A stretch of DNA of 40,700 bases, taken from Trichomonas gallinae. Lineage: Eukaryota. The notes under the pieces are model-generated. The model ran no database searches. It had not been told where the DNA came from and saw nothing but the letters and a program-made list of their open reading frames with translations. Shown piece after piece: positions 10,909 to 21,862 of this stretch (the first letter of the stretch is position 1; every line of letters starts with the position of its first letter). A program made the position numbers and the translations under genes. The stretch spans positions 1 through 40,700 of the forward strand of contig MRSU01002175.1 in NCBI GenBank assembly GCA_008369845.1. The letters are read 5' to 3'.

Positions 10909-11796
10909 ATGAGTAGTGCCAGACTCAGGAGACAGATGCGAGAATATCTGAATAATCGCCTTCAGGAGTCGCAAAGGGCCGCTACACAAGAAAGGAAAGA
11001 GCGTTTGAAGTCTTTTATGGCTCAGGGCAAAGAGCTTCCAAGAGATATTCGAGATGACGCGCTTTCTATCCTCAAAGCAACAACATACGATGACAATGAG
11101 ACTCAATATCAGAACGAGCTTGATAATGAATACGCAATGATGGGCGTTGAGGATCCATTAGTTGCAGTTACAACATCTCGCGATCCAGCTGGCCCAATCA
11201 AGACATTTGCCAGAGAAATCTCACAAATCATCCCGAATGCACAAAGAATCAATCGTGGTCAAATGGATTTAAAGGGTTTAGCAAATCTTTGCAGACAACA
11301 TGACATGACAGACTTAATAATAGTTCACGGCACGCATGGTGATCCTGACTGCATTGTTATTTCACATTTACCTTACGGTCCAACAGCTTATATACAATTA
11401 AAGAATGTTGTAATGCGCCGTGACGTTCCAGACGCACCACCGCTATCTTCTGCATTCCCTCACCTCGTTTTCGAGGATATGACTTCAAAATTAGGTAGAA
11501 GAATTACAGATATACTAAAAGCTCTTTTCCCAGTTCCAAAACCGGAATCACATCGAATAATATCGTTTGTTAACCGCAATGACTGGATTTCTTTCCGTCA
11601 ACACACATTTACAAAAACAAGAGGCCAAATTCAGCTTCAAGAGATTGGTCCGAGGATGGAAATGAGACTTTTCAAGATTGTTAGGGGTGCTATTGACAAT
11701 GCTGCACCCGAAGTTGAGTTTGCTCTTAGATCATTTATTAGATCACGCGCTGCCCTCCTCAAAGCTAAAGAAGAAGATTCTGATGAGGAAAAATAA
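10909..11796 (+). CDS. IMP4: U3 snoRNP protein Imp4 (Brix domain)
   Basis: First ATG at 10909. LRRQMREYL, DNEYAMMGVEDPLVAVTTSRDP, QRINRG, HGDPDCIVISHLPYGPTAY, PHLVFEDMTSKLGRRITDILKALFPVPK, DWISFRQH, EIGPRMEM. Confidence 0.95.
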   Translation: MSSARLRRQMREYLNNRLQESQRAATQERKERLKSFMAQGKELPRDIRDDALSILKATTYDDNETQYQNELDNEYAMMGVEDPLVAVTTSRDPAGPIKTFAREISQIIPNAQRINRGQMDLKGLANLCRQHDMTDLIIVHGTHGDPDCIVISHLPYGPTAYIQLKNVVMRRDVPDAPPLSSAFPHLVFEDMTSKLGRRITDILKALFPVPKPESHRIISFVNRNDWISFRQHTFTKTRGQIQLQEIGPRMEMRLFKIVRGAIDNAAPEVEFALRSFIRSRAALLKAKEEDSDEEK

Positions 11797-11961
11797 AGTT
11801 TATAAAGTATATATTAGATTTCAAATAACTTATCTATTTACCTTCAAAAAATTGCAAAATATTTGTCATGTAAAAATTTTTGTTTATCTTTTTGCATAAA
11901 TAATGTTTACTTTAATACTTTGTTTTTTAAAAAGTGGAAATAGTTTTTATTACTGTGGATC

Positions 11962-14946
11962 TTATTGATTTTCCTCCTCGACTGGAACATCTTCAGGAGC
12001 ATCTGCACCTTGTTGATTTTCGTCCATTGGCTCTGCTTCAATATCTCCTTCAAGTAAGTCTTCTTCTTCATCAAAGTTGTATTGGGCCTTTGGTTCGTGC
12101 TTTCTGCAATAACAGACGAGTAAAACAATCGCAACATCGATGATGATGAACAGAATAATAGCAATCGCAATGCCAGCTTTTGCACCTGATGAAAGTCCGT
12201 CGTCATGGGCAATTTCAACTAACCTACCCTTATCTTTTTGGTTTTGTGATGCTTCGACTGCAAAACCTTGATCATTAGGGATTGTGAAAGTCTCTTCTAC
12301 GTAATTATCCATTGAATTGATTGAATATTTGACGGTGCTAGTACCTTGGATAACGAATGGGTCTCCTATGAAATTAGAAGATAATGGATTTACGCTTGAG
12401 TATTGTCGAAGAATTGCACCATTGCGCTGTGTAATTGTGCAGAGTGATTTATTTGAGAAGCCGACAAATCCAATTCCGTTAGATACCAATTCATTGCCAC
12501 CACGATTAAATTTAACAGTCTTCAAATCTGGTTGTGTGGTTAGCGAGTAGATGTAAATTTCAAGCGTCGAGCTTCCGCTGAGTTCAACTTGCAGTGCACT
12601 TGAAAAGTAGTATCCCAAGAATTTATTTTCGAAAATGTTGTATTTCAATACAGACTTGTTTGCAAGCGGGTATACGACATCAATTGTAGTGCTGTCCGAA
12701 GTTGACTTCGGGACGAAGAATGCCATCGAAGAAGCTTGGATAGTTATAGTCTGGATTTTGCTTGAGAGCTGGATATCATAGCGTCCGGGTGAAAGTGTCG
12801 CTCCATCGTACTCGGATGTGGGATCCCACTTTGGATTAAAAGGTTCCAATGCTGGGGCTGTCTCCATAAGATTAACTAAATGTTCATCACCGTCTGAGGT
12901 ACCTATGAAGTCGAGATATACTTCACTTGAAAGTTGTCCATAGATTACCTTGTAGCCACCTTCTAAATTATTAACAGCTTTGCTAAGGAGGCCATTTACA
13001 TTATTGAAATCGATTTTTTGAGAACTTTTGACGATGATAAAACAATAGCCTGCATTAACTTTTTTACGGGTATATTGTTTTGGATTGATGATAGCTGAAA
13101 CGTGGTCGGTTTTAGAATCGGCAACTGCTATGAAATACTCACCTGATACTTTAACTTGTTGTATTTGATCGATCACACTAAGAATATATTTCTCATTGCT
13201 TTTTGTCAAGAGGATATTTTTCTTGTCTGGCATAGGGACGATGCTAAGAGTAGTTTCTGTATTATAACTTCCGTTAATGTTTTCAGAAATTACTATTGGG
13301 TGTAAATATTGCTTTCCTGGATCTACATTACTAATGTTTGGCTGGGCATCACCGTAACCATTTGGTTCATAGAAGCCAATAACACTTTCGTCTGTAACTT
13401 CAATGAGGACAGCTAAGGCACCCTTAACCGTATTTCCATTTTGCGTTGCATTGGATGGTATTATTGAAACTTTCGGACTCGCTGATTTAGAATAGTATTT
13501 TAAGGATTTAGTAGTAGTAGTTTCTTCGTTTGCAAGTAAAGAACGGACTGTGGATGTGGGTGGATCAGATTCGGAAAGGAAGAGGAGTTTCTTTCCCTTG
13601 ATGAGACAATCTGGAACCTTTTTAACTATTGCTAAATCGTTTGCATTAGTAGTTATGCAGCTGAACGAGCTTGGTTGACTAATAGTTTGGTTTAGTTGGT
13701 CCTTGACTTCCTTATAAGTGCTACCTGTATAAATATAGGAGAGGCAGCCATCTGGGACAACAAATAATGCGCTGCCATTAATATTAGGATAAGTTTGTGA
13801 ACCTATTGGAAGGAATATGCAATTAATTTGAGTCTTTAAGTTATTATCATTAAAGCTGCTTGTAACATCTGTTAATGATGTTACACCTATGATGTTGTTG
13901 ATGAATAAAACACCATTGCCTGATATATTCAAGGTGATAACTTGGCCATAAAGTGTTATACTATCCTTGTTTACAATTTGGAAATCATTATCAATATTAT
14001 CTAAACTAAGAGAGGCTTTGACAACAACATTGTTCGTTTTGGTAAATGATAGCCTAATTGGTACATCAGAAACAAAGTATGTTGTTTTAGCATCAGTTTC
14101 ATTATTGTATTTGGTACCGTCATAACTATTCCATGTAAACGTGGAATTGTTGTTAACTTTAACTATATTCGACTCATTTCCCATGCCCTTTACAACAAGG
14201 AAGGAAATTAAGCTGCCGCTTTTGCTGACCTGATTGTTTTCATAAGTGCATGCGAGACAATGGAGTTTATATCCGCTCCTCAAACCACTAATATTTAATT
14301 TACTGAAGCTTGGAGCGGTGATGGTGTAAAGACCTGCGTGACTTGCTTGGATGGTGTCTCCTTCATTTAAGGAGCTAAATGAACCTGAGCTTTCAAGCAT
14401 CAGGTTTTTATCACCTTGGATATTAGCATTTTCTGTTGGAATCATCGTATGGTCTTTAAATGTGATAGTAGCATTTTGAGTTGAATTAGTTTTAATAACA
14501 ATCAATTCAGATCCTAAGAAGTATGAATCAGATTCAGAGACATCTTCATTTAATTCTTCTGGAGAACCTGCTGCAACGTGCGTACCATTATTAGTAGTAA
14601 TCTTGCAGGTAACGGGCTTACTATACAAAAGAATCGCAACAGTGCTTGCATTAAGTATGTAAGTTTCGTTATTAAAGCCATTATATGCTGCGACTACGTT
14701 ATAACCTGCTGGAATTTCGAAAAGAGAATATTGGTAGAACGATTGTTTTCCAGATGATATAGTGATATTGGTTTCTTTATCATAAACATAAATATTTGGA
14801 AATGGATTCTCATGTGAAATAAGAACGTATTTCTTACCAGTATTATATGGAATAGAAAACTCTTGATTTCCAGAGGGAACAACAAAGTGATTTCCTATTT
14901 TTAATTTGTCAAGCGCAGCTATCAAGGTAGTAAGAACTGCAAACAT
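11962..14946 (-). CDS. Large type I transmembrane surface protein
   Basis: 994 aa with signal peptide, Asn/Ser/Thr-rich beta-type ectodomain with many N-x-S/T sites, TM GLSSGAKAGIAIAIILFIIIDVAIVLLVCYC-RK, and an acidic tail with EEEDLL. Confidence 0.9.
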   Translation of the reverse strand: MFAVLTTLIAALDKLKIGNHFVVPSGNQEFSIPYNTGKKYVLISHENPFPNIYVYDKETNITISSGKQSFYQYSLFEIPAGYNVVAAYNGFNNETYILNASTVAILLYSKPVTCKITTNNGTHVAAGSPEELNEDVSESDSYFLGSELIVIKTNSTQNATITFKDHTMIPTENANIQGDKNLMLESSGSFSSLNEGDTIQASHAGLYTITAPSFSKLNISGLRSGYKLHCLACTYENNQVSKSGSLISFLVVKGMGNESNIVKVNNNSTFTWNSYDGTKYNNETDAKTTYFVSDVPIRLSFTKTNNVVVKASLSLDNIDNDFQIVNKDSITLYGQVITLNISGNGVLFINNIIGVTSLTDVTSSFNDNNLKTQINCIFLPIGSQTYPNINGSALFVVPDGCLSYIYTGSTYKEVKDQLNQTISQPSSFSCITTNANDLAIVKKVPDCLIKGKKLLFLSESDPPTSTVRSLLANEETTTTKSLKYYSKSASPKVSIIPSNATQNGNTVKGALAVLIEVTDESVIGFYEPNGYGDAQPNISNVDPGKQYLHPIVISENINGSYNTETTLSIVPMPDKKNILLTKSNEKYILSVIDQIQQVKVSGEYFIAVADSKTDHVSAIINPKQYTRKKVNAGYCFIIVKSSQKIDFNNVNGLLSKAVNNLEGGYKVIYGQLSSEVYLDFIGTSDGDEHLVNLMETAPALEPFNPKWDPTSEYDGATLSPGRYDIQLSSKIQTITIQASSMAFFVPKSTSDSTTIDVVYPLANKSVLKYNIFENKFLGYYFSSALQVELSGSSTLEIYIYSLTTQPDLKTVKFNRGGNELVSNGIGFVGFSNKSLCTITQRNGAILRQYSSVNPLSSNFIGDPFVIQGTSTVKYSINSMDNYVEETFTIPNDQGFAVEASQNQKDKGRLVEIAHDDGLSSGAKAGIAIAIILFIIIDVAIVLLVCYCRKHEPKAQYNFDEEEDLLEGDIEAEPMDENQQGADAPEDVPVEEENQ

Positions 14947-16145
14947 TTATTATTTTTATAAGCAAAATAAATTTTATTTTAAATAATTTTTGTTCCATTG
15001 AAAGGCATGCACAATAGTATTAAGTTTTCAGCATTCATTCAATTTTCCAAAAAATTTATACATTTTTAGAATAATTTTGTCTATTTAGTATATACATCTA
15101 TTAATTAATGATTCAGTTCAAAAATAATTGATAAGGATAATAAAGATTTTTAAATGCATTAGAAGATTATTTTCGATTGAAAAATCTTTTTGAATACAGT
15201 CGATAATAATAAACATTATAATATTAATTTATGTATGATTATATAAATACTGATCAGTAATAAAAATTAAATCATATATCATTCAATTTTAAATATCAAT
15301 TTTTTTTCATTATATAAATACTATTTAATGACAAACAATACTATATGAATTTTCAATTCAAAAAGTGAGCATAATCATACACTGCTTTAATAAATCAGAA
15401 AAATATTAATAATCTTGTAAAATGCATGTTTTGGCAAATTTAAAATCATTTTTTTGTCCATCAACAAAATAAATTGTTTCAAAAATAATTTTGGAAGATG
15501 CAAAAACATGGCTTATCTAGTCTAAGATATATGGTTCCATCAAAATAATGAAAATATTTTTGATTTTGAAATTCAATGGCATCAGAAAAGCTTAAATTAT
15601 CGAACCATTTTTACAGCACGAAAATCGAAATACCAGGCCACAGATGTTTCCTATCTATCGTGAGTGCATTAATCAACTGAAACAAGAACAATAATTTTTC
15701 AAATAATTAAATCAATAATAATCACTGCTCTTCAATGCATAATTATTAAATTTATAGTCTAATGAAGCAAAATAATTAGGGACATCCATTCTAATTACAA
15801 TATGAAATCTGTTTTCTCGTTGATTTACAAGGTTCGGCTAATAACACTCTTTTTTAACTTTATTATTTGAATAAATGGAGATTATAAACTATTAATGCAA
15901 TTATAAAGCATTCGATTTTTATTCCTATTTATCGTTAGGCGATTGTGCGACTTTATCATCACCTCAAGCCTACCACCAAGCAATATAATATCCCCATTAT
16001 TGTTTTATTTTATCTTTCTCATTTCTCTAATCTAGATTAGATTCTCTGACGTGTAAACTATCAAATCTGACATTTATATAATTACATGTCAGAAATCAGT
16101 CAAAAAGTGCGCCAAAACCATCACTTTTAGCGCCAAACGAGATGC

Positions 16146-16970
16146 CTAATTAGAGAAACAAAATGTGTAGAAATCTGGCTTCCTATCTTCCATAACTTCG
16201 TTCTTTTCATCTTCAATTGCTTTGAAGAATTTTTGATGATCTTTTCTAAGGATTTTGTGGGCTTCCACACGGAAATCTGGCCATGCCTTGGAAAGTTTGC
16301 CGTAGTAGTCTTTGATGAATGGATCAATTTCTTCGTTTTTATCGATCTCATTGAAGAATACTCTAAAAACAAGTGGATTTGCTTGCTCTTCTTTCTTTGC
16401 GAGATCCTTCCATGCCTCATTCTTAACTATGAACTGTTCAAGAAGTCTCCAAATATGAACTTCAAGTGAATCTTCTGGAATCTTGAATGTTTCAATCAAT
16501 TTGTTTGTCATCTCAGCAGTACGGTTGAGTACACCCTTCTTCTTGTTTTGAAGATAACCGAGAATCTCCATATATACGAATAATAGGATTTTTGCGTTTC
16601 CAAAAGTATCTGATTTGTTCAAGCGTAAAATTTCCTCGTATACATAACAAGCGAAGTTAATATGTGCATATTCCTTTGCAACTTTGCCAAATTTGTCGAG
16701 AATATTGATATATTGAAATGATTTTGGATCAGAGCCAAAATCATAGTCTAGTTTATTGAAATAGTCCTTAAGTATCAAACGAGCGAATTGAAGAGTCTCT
16801 CTTCCGGCAGAAATTGCGCTATCTGCATCAAACGTTTGACCACCGATGGTTAAAAGCGTTGCATATGGTGCCAAATTGGTGGGATCCTTCTTTATATCTT
16901 CAATGCAAAGTGTTTCTGCCTCATCAACTTTGCCTTCTCTTACAAGAATATCACCTTGATACTCGTTCAT
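16146..16970 (-). CDS. Hypothetical TPR-like helical protein
   Basis: GDILVREGKVDEAETLCIEDIKKDPTNLAPY and ACYVYEEILRLNKSD are TPR-like. Start placed at Met20 of the ORF (16970) because the upstream codons lie within the 19-bp motif array. Confidence 0.75.
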   Translation of the reverse strand: MNEYQGDILVREGKVDEAETLCIEDIKKDPTNLAPYATLLTIGGQTFDADSAISAGRETLQFARLILKDYFNKLDYDFGSDPKSFQYINILDKFGKVAKEYAHINFACYVYEEILRLNKSDTFGNAKILLFVYMEILGYLQNKKKGVLNRTAEMTNKLIETFKIPEDSLEVHIWRLLEQFIVKNEAWKDLAKKEEQANPLVFRVFFNEIDKNEEIDPFIKDYYGKLSKAWPDFRVEAHKILRKDHQKFFKAIEDEKNEVMEDRKPDFYTFCFSN

Positions 16971-16984
16971 ACCAAAAGCATGTT

Positions 16985-17232
16985 TGTCATGTAAATCCAT
17001 AATGGCATGTAAATTGATTGTTGCCATGTAAATTCAAATATGCAATGTAAATCTCATAATGGCATGTATTTTTTTTTTTTTTTAAAAAAAATGCTTTGTA
17101 AATTCATAAATACCATGTCAATTCAAAAATGTCATGTATGTTTGCTATTGTAAATTTTAATTTTTTAAATGTCATGTAAATTGATGAAATGCCACGTAAA
17201 TTCAAAATGTCATGTAAATATTACGTTATGTC
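16985..17232 (+). repeat. Degenerate ~19-bp tandem array of TGNCAYGTAAAT motif
   Basis: Units begin at 16985, 17003, 17022, 17041, 17060, 17092, 17111, 17130, 17170, 17190 and 17208. Confidence 0.85.
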
Positions 17233-17768
17233 AAATAAAAATCCAACAGAATTAACTTTTTTCATGGAAGTTCTTTTGTGATGTTTACAAAAATAAAAGT
17301 AAAACTCCCTTTATAATTATTATTTCACTATATAGATCTAAGGGTCCAAATCTTAAAATTTTAATTAAGAGGAGGTGACACTATAAACTTCATATGTTTT
17401 GGAAGACAAGTACGCAATATTTTGGATATTTCATATATTCAGCATCATATCCACATGTTCAGCTATCATTGTATCTATGTGGTTTTTGATGATTCCTATG
17501 AATGATTTCAATCTTATAATTCTTATGCCATGTAAATAAGAATAATGACGTATAAAGTCAAAATATGACGTGTAAAAACAATTTTTGTCATGTAATGAGT
17601 GTAAGAAATTTTTCTAAAAGTTTTCATTCAATTTTTTGCATAAGAAAAAATAATTCCAAATTTTGATACAATGTGGCTAATTAACACTCATGACACTTTT
17701 GTTTTTTTGAAAAGTTTACAAACCATATACAAATTCTTACATTATTATAATTTTTTTTTTTTTCAGAT

Positions 17769-18809
17769 ATGAAAAGTTCGAAAGAATACCTAGGGTTATA
17801 TATTAATTTACTAACTATTGGCGAGAAGAACGTGCCCATCCAATTGGATAAATGCATACCTAGGATTTCTCTTGATCTCGCAAGTAATATTTTAGATGAA
17901 TTCCTCAGAAACAACGTTTTTCACACATCAGTTATACCAGTTAAACAACCTGTCTATGTCGTTGGTGATTTACACGGTGATCTTTTTGATCTACTGAGGA
18001 TTTTAAACAGAACAGGTTTACCTCCGATTTCGAATTACTTGTTTTTGGGCGATTATATTGATAGGGGTCCATATCCAGTTGAAACATTCCTTCTCGTCGT
18101 ATCATTACATAATCTTTTCCCTATGAATTTTCAGTTATTGCGTGGAAATCATGAAGACAAGTCTGTGTGCGAAATGTACGGGTTCCCACAGCATGTAGAA
18201 AACTTATTTGGCCATAATTCTCTAATAGATAAGTTTTTCACTGTTTTTACTTACCTTCCAATTGCAGGAATCATCGATAACAAGTATTTTTGCGTCCACG
18301 GAGGTATATCTAAAGGCCTGACCAGCTTGTCAGAACTCACCAGGATTCAGATGCCAATTACAGAGATAGATCCATTGATCGAAGATATACTTTGGTCAGA
18401 TCCTACAAATTCTAACGAATTTTATCTGCCAAATCCAAGAGGAAGAGGACACCAGTACGGATCACCAGCAACGGACTATTTTCTACGACAAACCAATTTA
18501 TCATATATTATTAGAGCTCATACATACCTTCCTAATGGAGCTACAATATTCCACTCTGCTCGTGTGATTTCAATTTTCTCATCAACGCACTACGTTGTCG
18601 GTGGAAATGTTGCCACAATGGTATTAATTGATGGAGTTCACGTTTTCGAGAAATTCTATCCAGAAAATGTGTTAACTAGAAGAGCTGAATCCACTTTCGT
18701 TCCATCAAAAGTCGAAAAAAGATTTTCAGCTACGACAATTCAACCACATCTTGTTAAACCACACTCAAGAAGTGTAGCACCAAAATCGAAGACAGTTTAC
18801 AGGTTTTAA
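17769..18809 (+). CDS. Ser/Thr protein phosphatase, PPP family (PP1-like, divergent)
   Basis: GDLHG, GDYIDRG, LRGNHE, CVHGG, DILWSDP, NPRGRG, IIRAH. Confidence 0.95.
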   Translation: MKSSKEYLGLYINLLTIGEKNVPIQLDKCIPRISLDLASNILDEFLRNNVFHTSVIPVKQPVYVVGDLHGDLFDLLRILNRTGLPPISNYLFLGDYIDRGPYPVETFLLVVSLHNLFPMNFQLLRGNHEDKSVCEMYGFPQHVENLFGHNSLIDKFFTVFTYLPIAGIIDNKYFCVHGGISKGLTSLSELTRIQMPITEIDPLIEDILWSDPTNSNEFYLPNPRGRGHQYGSPATDYFLRQTNLSYIIRAHTYLPNGATIFHSARVISIFSSTHYVVGGNVATMVLIDGVHVFEKFYPENVLTRRAESTFVPSKVEKRFSATTIQPHLVKPHSRSVAPKSKTVYRF

Positions 18810-19112
18810 TGTCTCAATTTTTATTCTCTTTGTTTGTGTTTATTAAATCTTTTGTTTTTTATTAAGCTATTACATATTTTTGATTTGCTATTTTTAAATA
18901 TGCCTTGTAATAATCAATATTTTAGTAAATAAAAGAACTAATTGAATAAATTATAAATTTAAGATTTAATATTAATGTCATAAGAAATTATTATTGATTT
19001 CCGGCGGTTTATAATGTATGAAATGATAATATTTTAATATAGAAGGAAATTGATTTAGTTTTTAATTTTCATTTTAAGCAGCAATATTTAATGCTGTTTG
19101 ACCAGAATCTTT

Positions 19113-20171
19113 TTAGGATGGCAAAAAGAGAACCATGCAAGAAATGATTGTTGGAGCGTAGACAAGTCCAGATAGATAGTTATTAACAAATGTTTCGCAG
19201 AAAACCTCGGCGAATGAATTATAATTATTATATTCAAGAACAACTCTATGTTGAGTGTTAATTTTACAATTTGCGGTTGAAAATAATTCTAGAATAACTT
19301 CATCTTCATTGCTACTTGAGTTAATAAAAACTGGCATACCTCCTGCATGATACGTACTTAATGGATTGTTTATATATGAGTTGCAAACTCGAAAACCTTG
19401 ACCATTGCTTGTGTAAAGCAAAAAATTGTCATGTGCTATATTTTCCTTAATTACACAAAAATTGATAAGTGCTGAGCCAAATACATATATCACACCTTTT
19501 CCTCTAGCAGTATTTTGTTTTATAATATTACTCCGTGATATTTCAAATTCACCTCCACTGTCGAGAATTATTCCGCCCTCCCCAAAGGAAGTATTGTTTT
19601 GACAATTCGAATTCGTTATATTAGCCTTTTTACCAGGTAAAATTACACTGAAGCATGCAGCCTCATAAACACTGCAATAGGTTATATTAACTTTATTTAC
19701 TTCATGATATCCATACCAGTGACAAAATGGAGATTTACCATATCGCGATGTTTTCAACTGTGAAAATGAACAAAATATTAACCAGTTTTTATCACTACTT
19801 TGACTATTTACATTCATATATGAGTGCATTCCATCACCGTTACTGGTACAGTTTGAACAGCATACTTTATTTTGAACACATCCTCCGAAACCATTATAAT
19901 AGATATTTCCACCTCTCTCAGTAGAATTGAAAATGTTTGCATTGAAATAACAAGATTCAACAAGCAAAAATGTATCAGAACAACATTCTTGGAAATATAT
20001 AGATCTAGTTAACATATCTATAAACACAGAATCATGAACATAAGTATGTAAGCCTTGTACGAGCCAAATAATATTTTTTTCATTTTTATTATTAATTTCA
20101 TTATTATATGCTTTTGATGCAAAAAATTCATCCCATTCTTTGCTTGATTGCAAATCAGATATATAATTCAT
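19113..20171 (-). CDS. Cys/Asn-rich beta-helix (pectin-lyase/Pmp-like) trichomonad family protein
   Basis: EWDEFF N-terminus, GGNIYY, CVQNKVCC, NITNSNCQNN, GGIIL and CVIKEN repeats, with a hydrophobic C-terminal segment. Confidence 0.7.
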   Translation of the reverse strand: MNYISDLQSSKEWDEFFASKAYNNEINNKNEKNIIWLVQGLHTYVHDSVFIDMLTRSIYFQECCSDTFLLVESCYFNANIFNSTERGGNIYYNGFGGCVQNKVCCSNCTSNGDGMHSYMNVNSQSSDKNWLIFCSFSQLKTSRYGKSPFCHWYGYHEVNKVNITYCSVYEAACFSVILPGKKANITNSNCQNNTSFGEGGIILDSGGEFEISRSNIIKQNTARGKGVIYVFGSALINFCVIKENIAHDNFLLYTSNGQGFRVCNSYINNPLSTYHAGGMPVFINSSSNEDEVILELFSTANCKINTQHRVVLEYNNYNSFAEVFCETFVNNYLSGLVYAPTIISCMVLFLPS

Positions 20172-20914
20172 GCTGTTCGTTTTTCAAACAGTCTCTAAAA
20201 AAATATAGGCTTCGCTTTTAAATTTACATTTCAAAAACCAATTTCATGCCAAATTCTCAGAATGATTTACGCAATTAAAACATGAAAACAAATACGTGTA
20301 TTATGTCTTTATTTCATGAAGAATATCTGTAAAACATGTCATTAATGAATCGACCCCTAAATAAAGACACAATCTGAAACCTTCAAAATGTATTTCATGT
20401 ATCCCAAAACATACATATTTAAATATGCAACAAAGTTTAATTCCAAATAAATTCGGATTAGAAATGTGAATATTGGCTAAATAAATTTCCTGCATAATCA
20501 ATAATTTGAATGTGTGAATATCACTTTCACAAATCGAAAAGTAATTAAAATAATTTGAATAAAGTGTGAATGTTTGATATATGATCTAAATTCCAATCAT
20601 ATAAGATATGTAAACTTAGTGTATAGTATTTGTCTAATGTAAATCCATAAATATAAATAATATAATTATGGAATCATTAGAAAGTTAGATATTTTACATA
20701 TGAATCAACAGAGAAACCTCATTAAATGGCTAATAAATCTGTAATTCTAATGATAAAAATAAATTATTTGATTTGAAAAATAAATTTTGAGAAAAATGAT
20801 AAAGGAATGTCTACAAATTAATATTTTGTTTATTAAATCCAAACCATGTCGTTAATATATATAATACGTATCCTTATTTTATTTCAGATAAAAAATGTCA
20901 AGTTCCACAAAAGT

Positions 20915-21259
20915 TTACTGAGCAGCAGGTGTCTCAGTAGAAGCATGAGAGCTTCTTGATGAGCGCTTTGGCTTGTAATCTCTATAAAGTGAAGAAACGA
21001 TTTTTTCGGCATCTGGATTGTTAACAAGCTTGCTCATTAATGATGCAACTTCTTCAGCTGGAACATCGAAATCGTGGTATGACTTTGTTAATTTCTTATC
21101 GCGTTCTTGCTTTGTTGGCCTCTCTGGATCGATAATTTTAGCTTCCTCGAGGCTCTGTGTTAATTTAATCAGAGCGCCGCACAACTTGTCAGCTGAGACG
21201 GCTGTGTGGCGGGCGAATTTGACGAATGCCTGGCGTTCTGGCTCTGTAACTAACTCCAT
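20915..21259 (-). CDS. Hypothetical protein
   Basis: 114-aa ORF with coding-like GC content. TCATAATG start context (Inr-like) and AAAAGTGAC at 21286-21294. Confidence 0.75.
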   Translation of the reverse strand: MELVTEPERQAFVKFARHTAVSADKLCGALIKLTQSLEEAKIIDPERPTKQERDKKLTKSYHDFDVPAEEVASLMSKLVNNPDAEKIVSSLYRDYKPKRSSRSSHASTETPAAQ

Positions 21260-21862
21260 TATGATTCAGTTTACAATTGTAAACTAAAAGTGACGAAACA
21301 TTTTCAAAATTTCTCATTTTTCTCATCAAATAACAACGATTTCGACAAAATAAATCATCAAAATCACATCAATGAACTTAACAATCCAATCTATCTATAT
21401 TTTTCATTCATAATATATATTTTTTTTATTCGTACAAATATTATACGGAATTGATCATAAGATCTATTACATACAAACAACTGTAGGAGATACATGAAAG
21501 AATATTAGTCAACATTCCATATTTCTATCTTATTCAAAAAATAAATGCAAATTAAAATCAAAGTCATTCATAGGCAATAAATGAGCTTTATTTCTTTTAT
21601 ACTCATATATCTACTACATTGTCGAATGAATGTTATTTGCAGAAATACCAAGCGTTATTAATGAATTTCATTAAGGTATCTTTATTTTTTTGGAATATGC
21701 ACAAGCTCATTCTTTATGGTGTCAACTTTTTGAAATATTGTCTATTGTATCATAAGATATCTTATCCTACGGGAAATAAATGAAAAAAATTGACATTTAC
21801 ATGTCAAAATGTCGTCAAATATCCCCTTTATTTAGTTGTCAGACCCTTTATTTATTTAAAAA

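Noticed and set aside
16971..17027. N-terminal extension MATINLHAIMDLHDKHAFG of the TPR-like ORF
   Set aside because: It is encoded by the antisense of the motif array; Met at 16970 is the more plausible start.
16985..17232. CRISPR-like repeat-spacer array
   Set aside because: Eukaryotic context, 12-bp degenerate cores with 6-8-bp spacers, and no cas genes.
17373..17385. AGGTGACACTATA match to the SP6 promoter (vector contamination)
   Set aside because: Only 13 nt and the flanks do not match vector sequence; chance.
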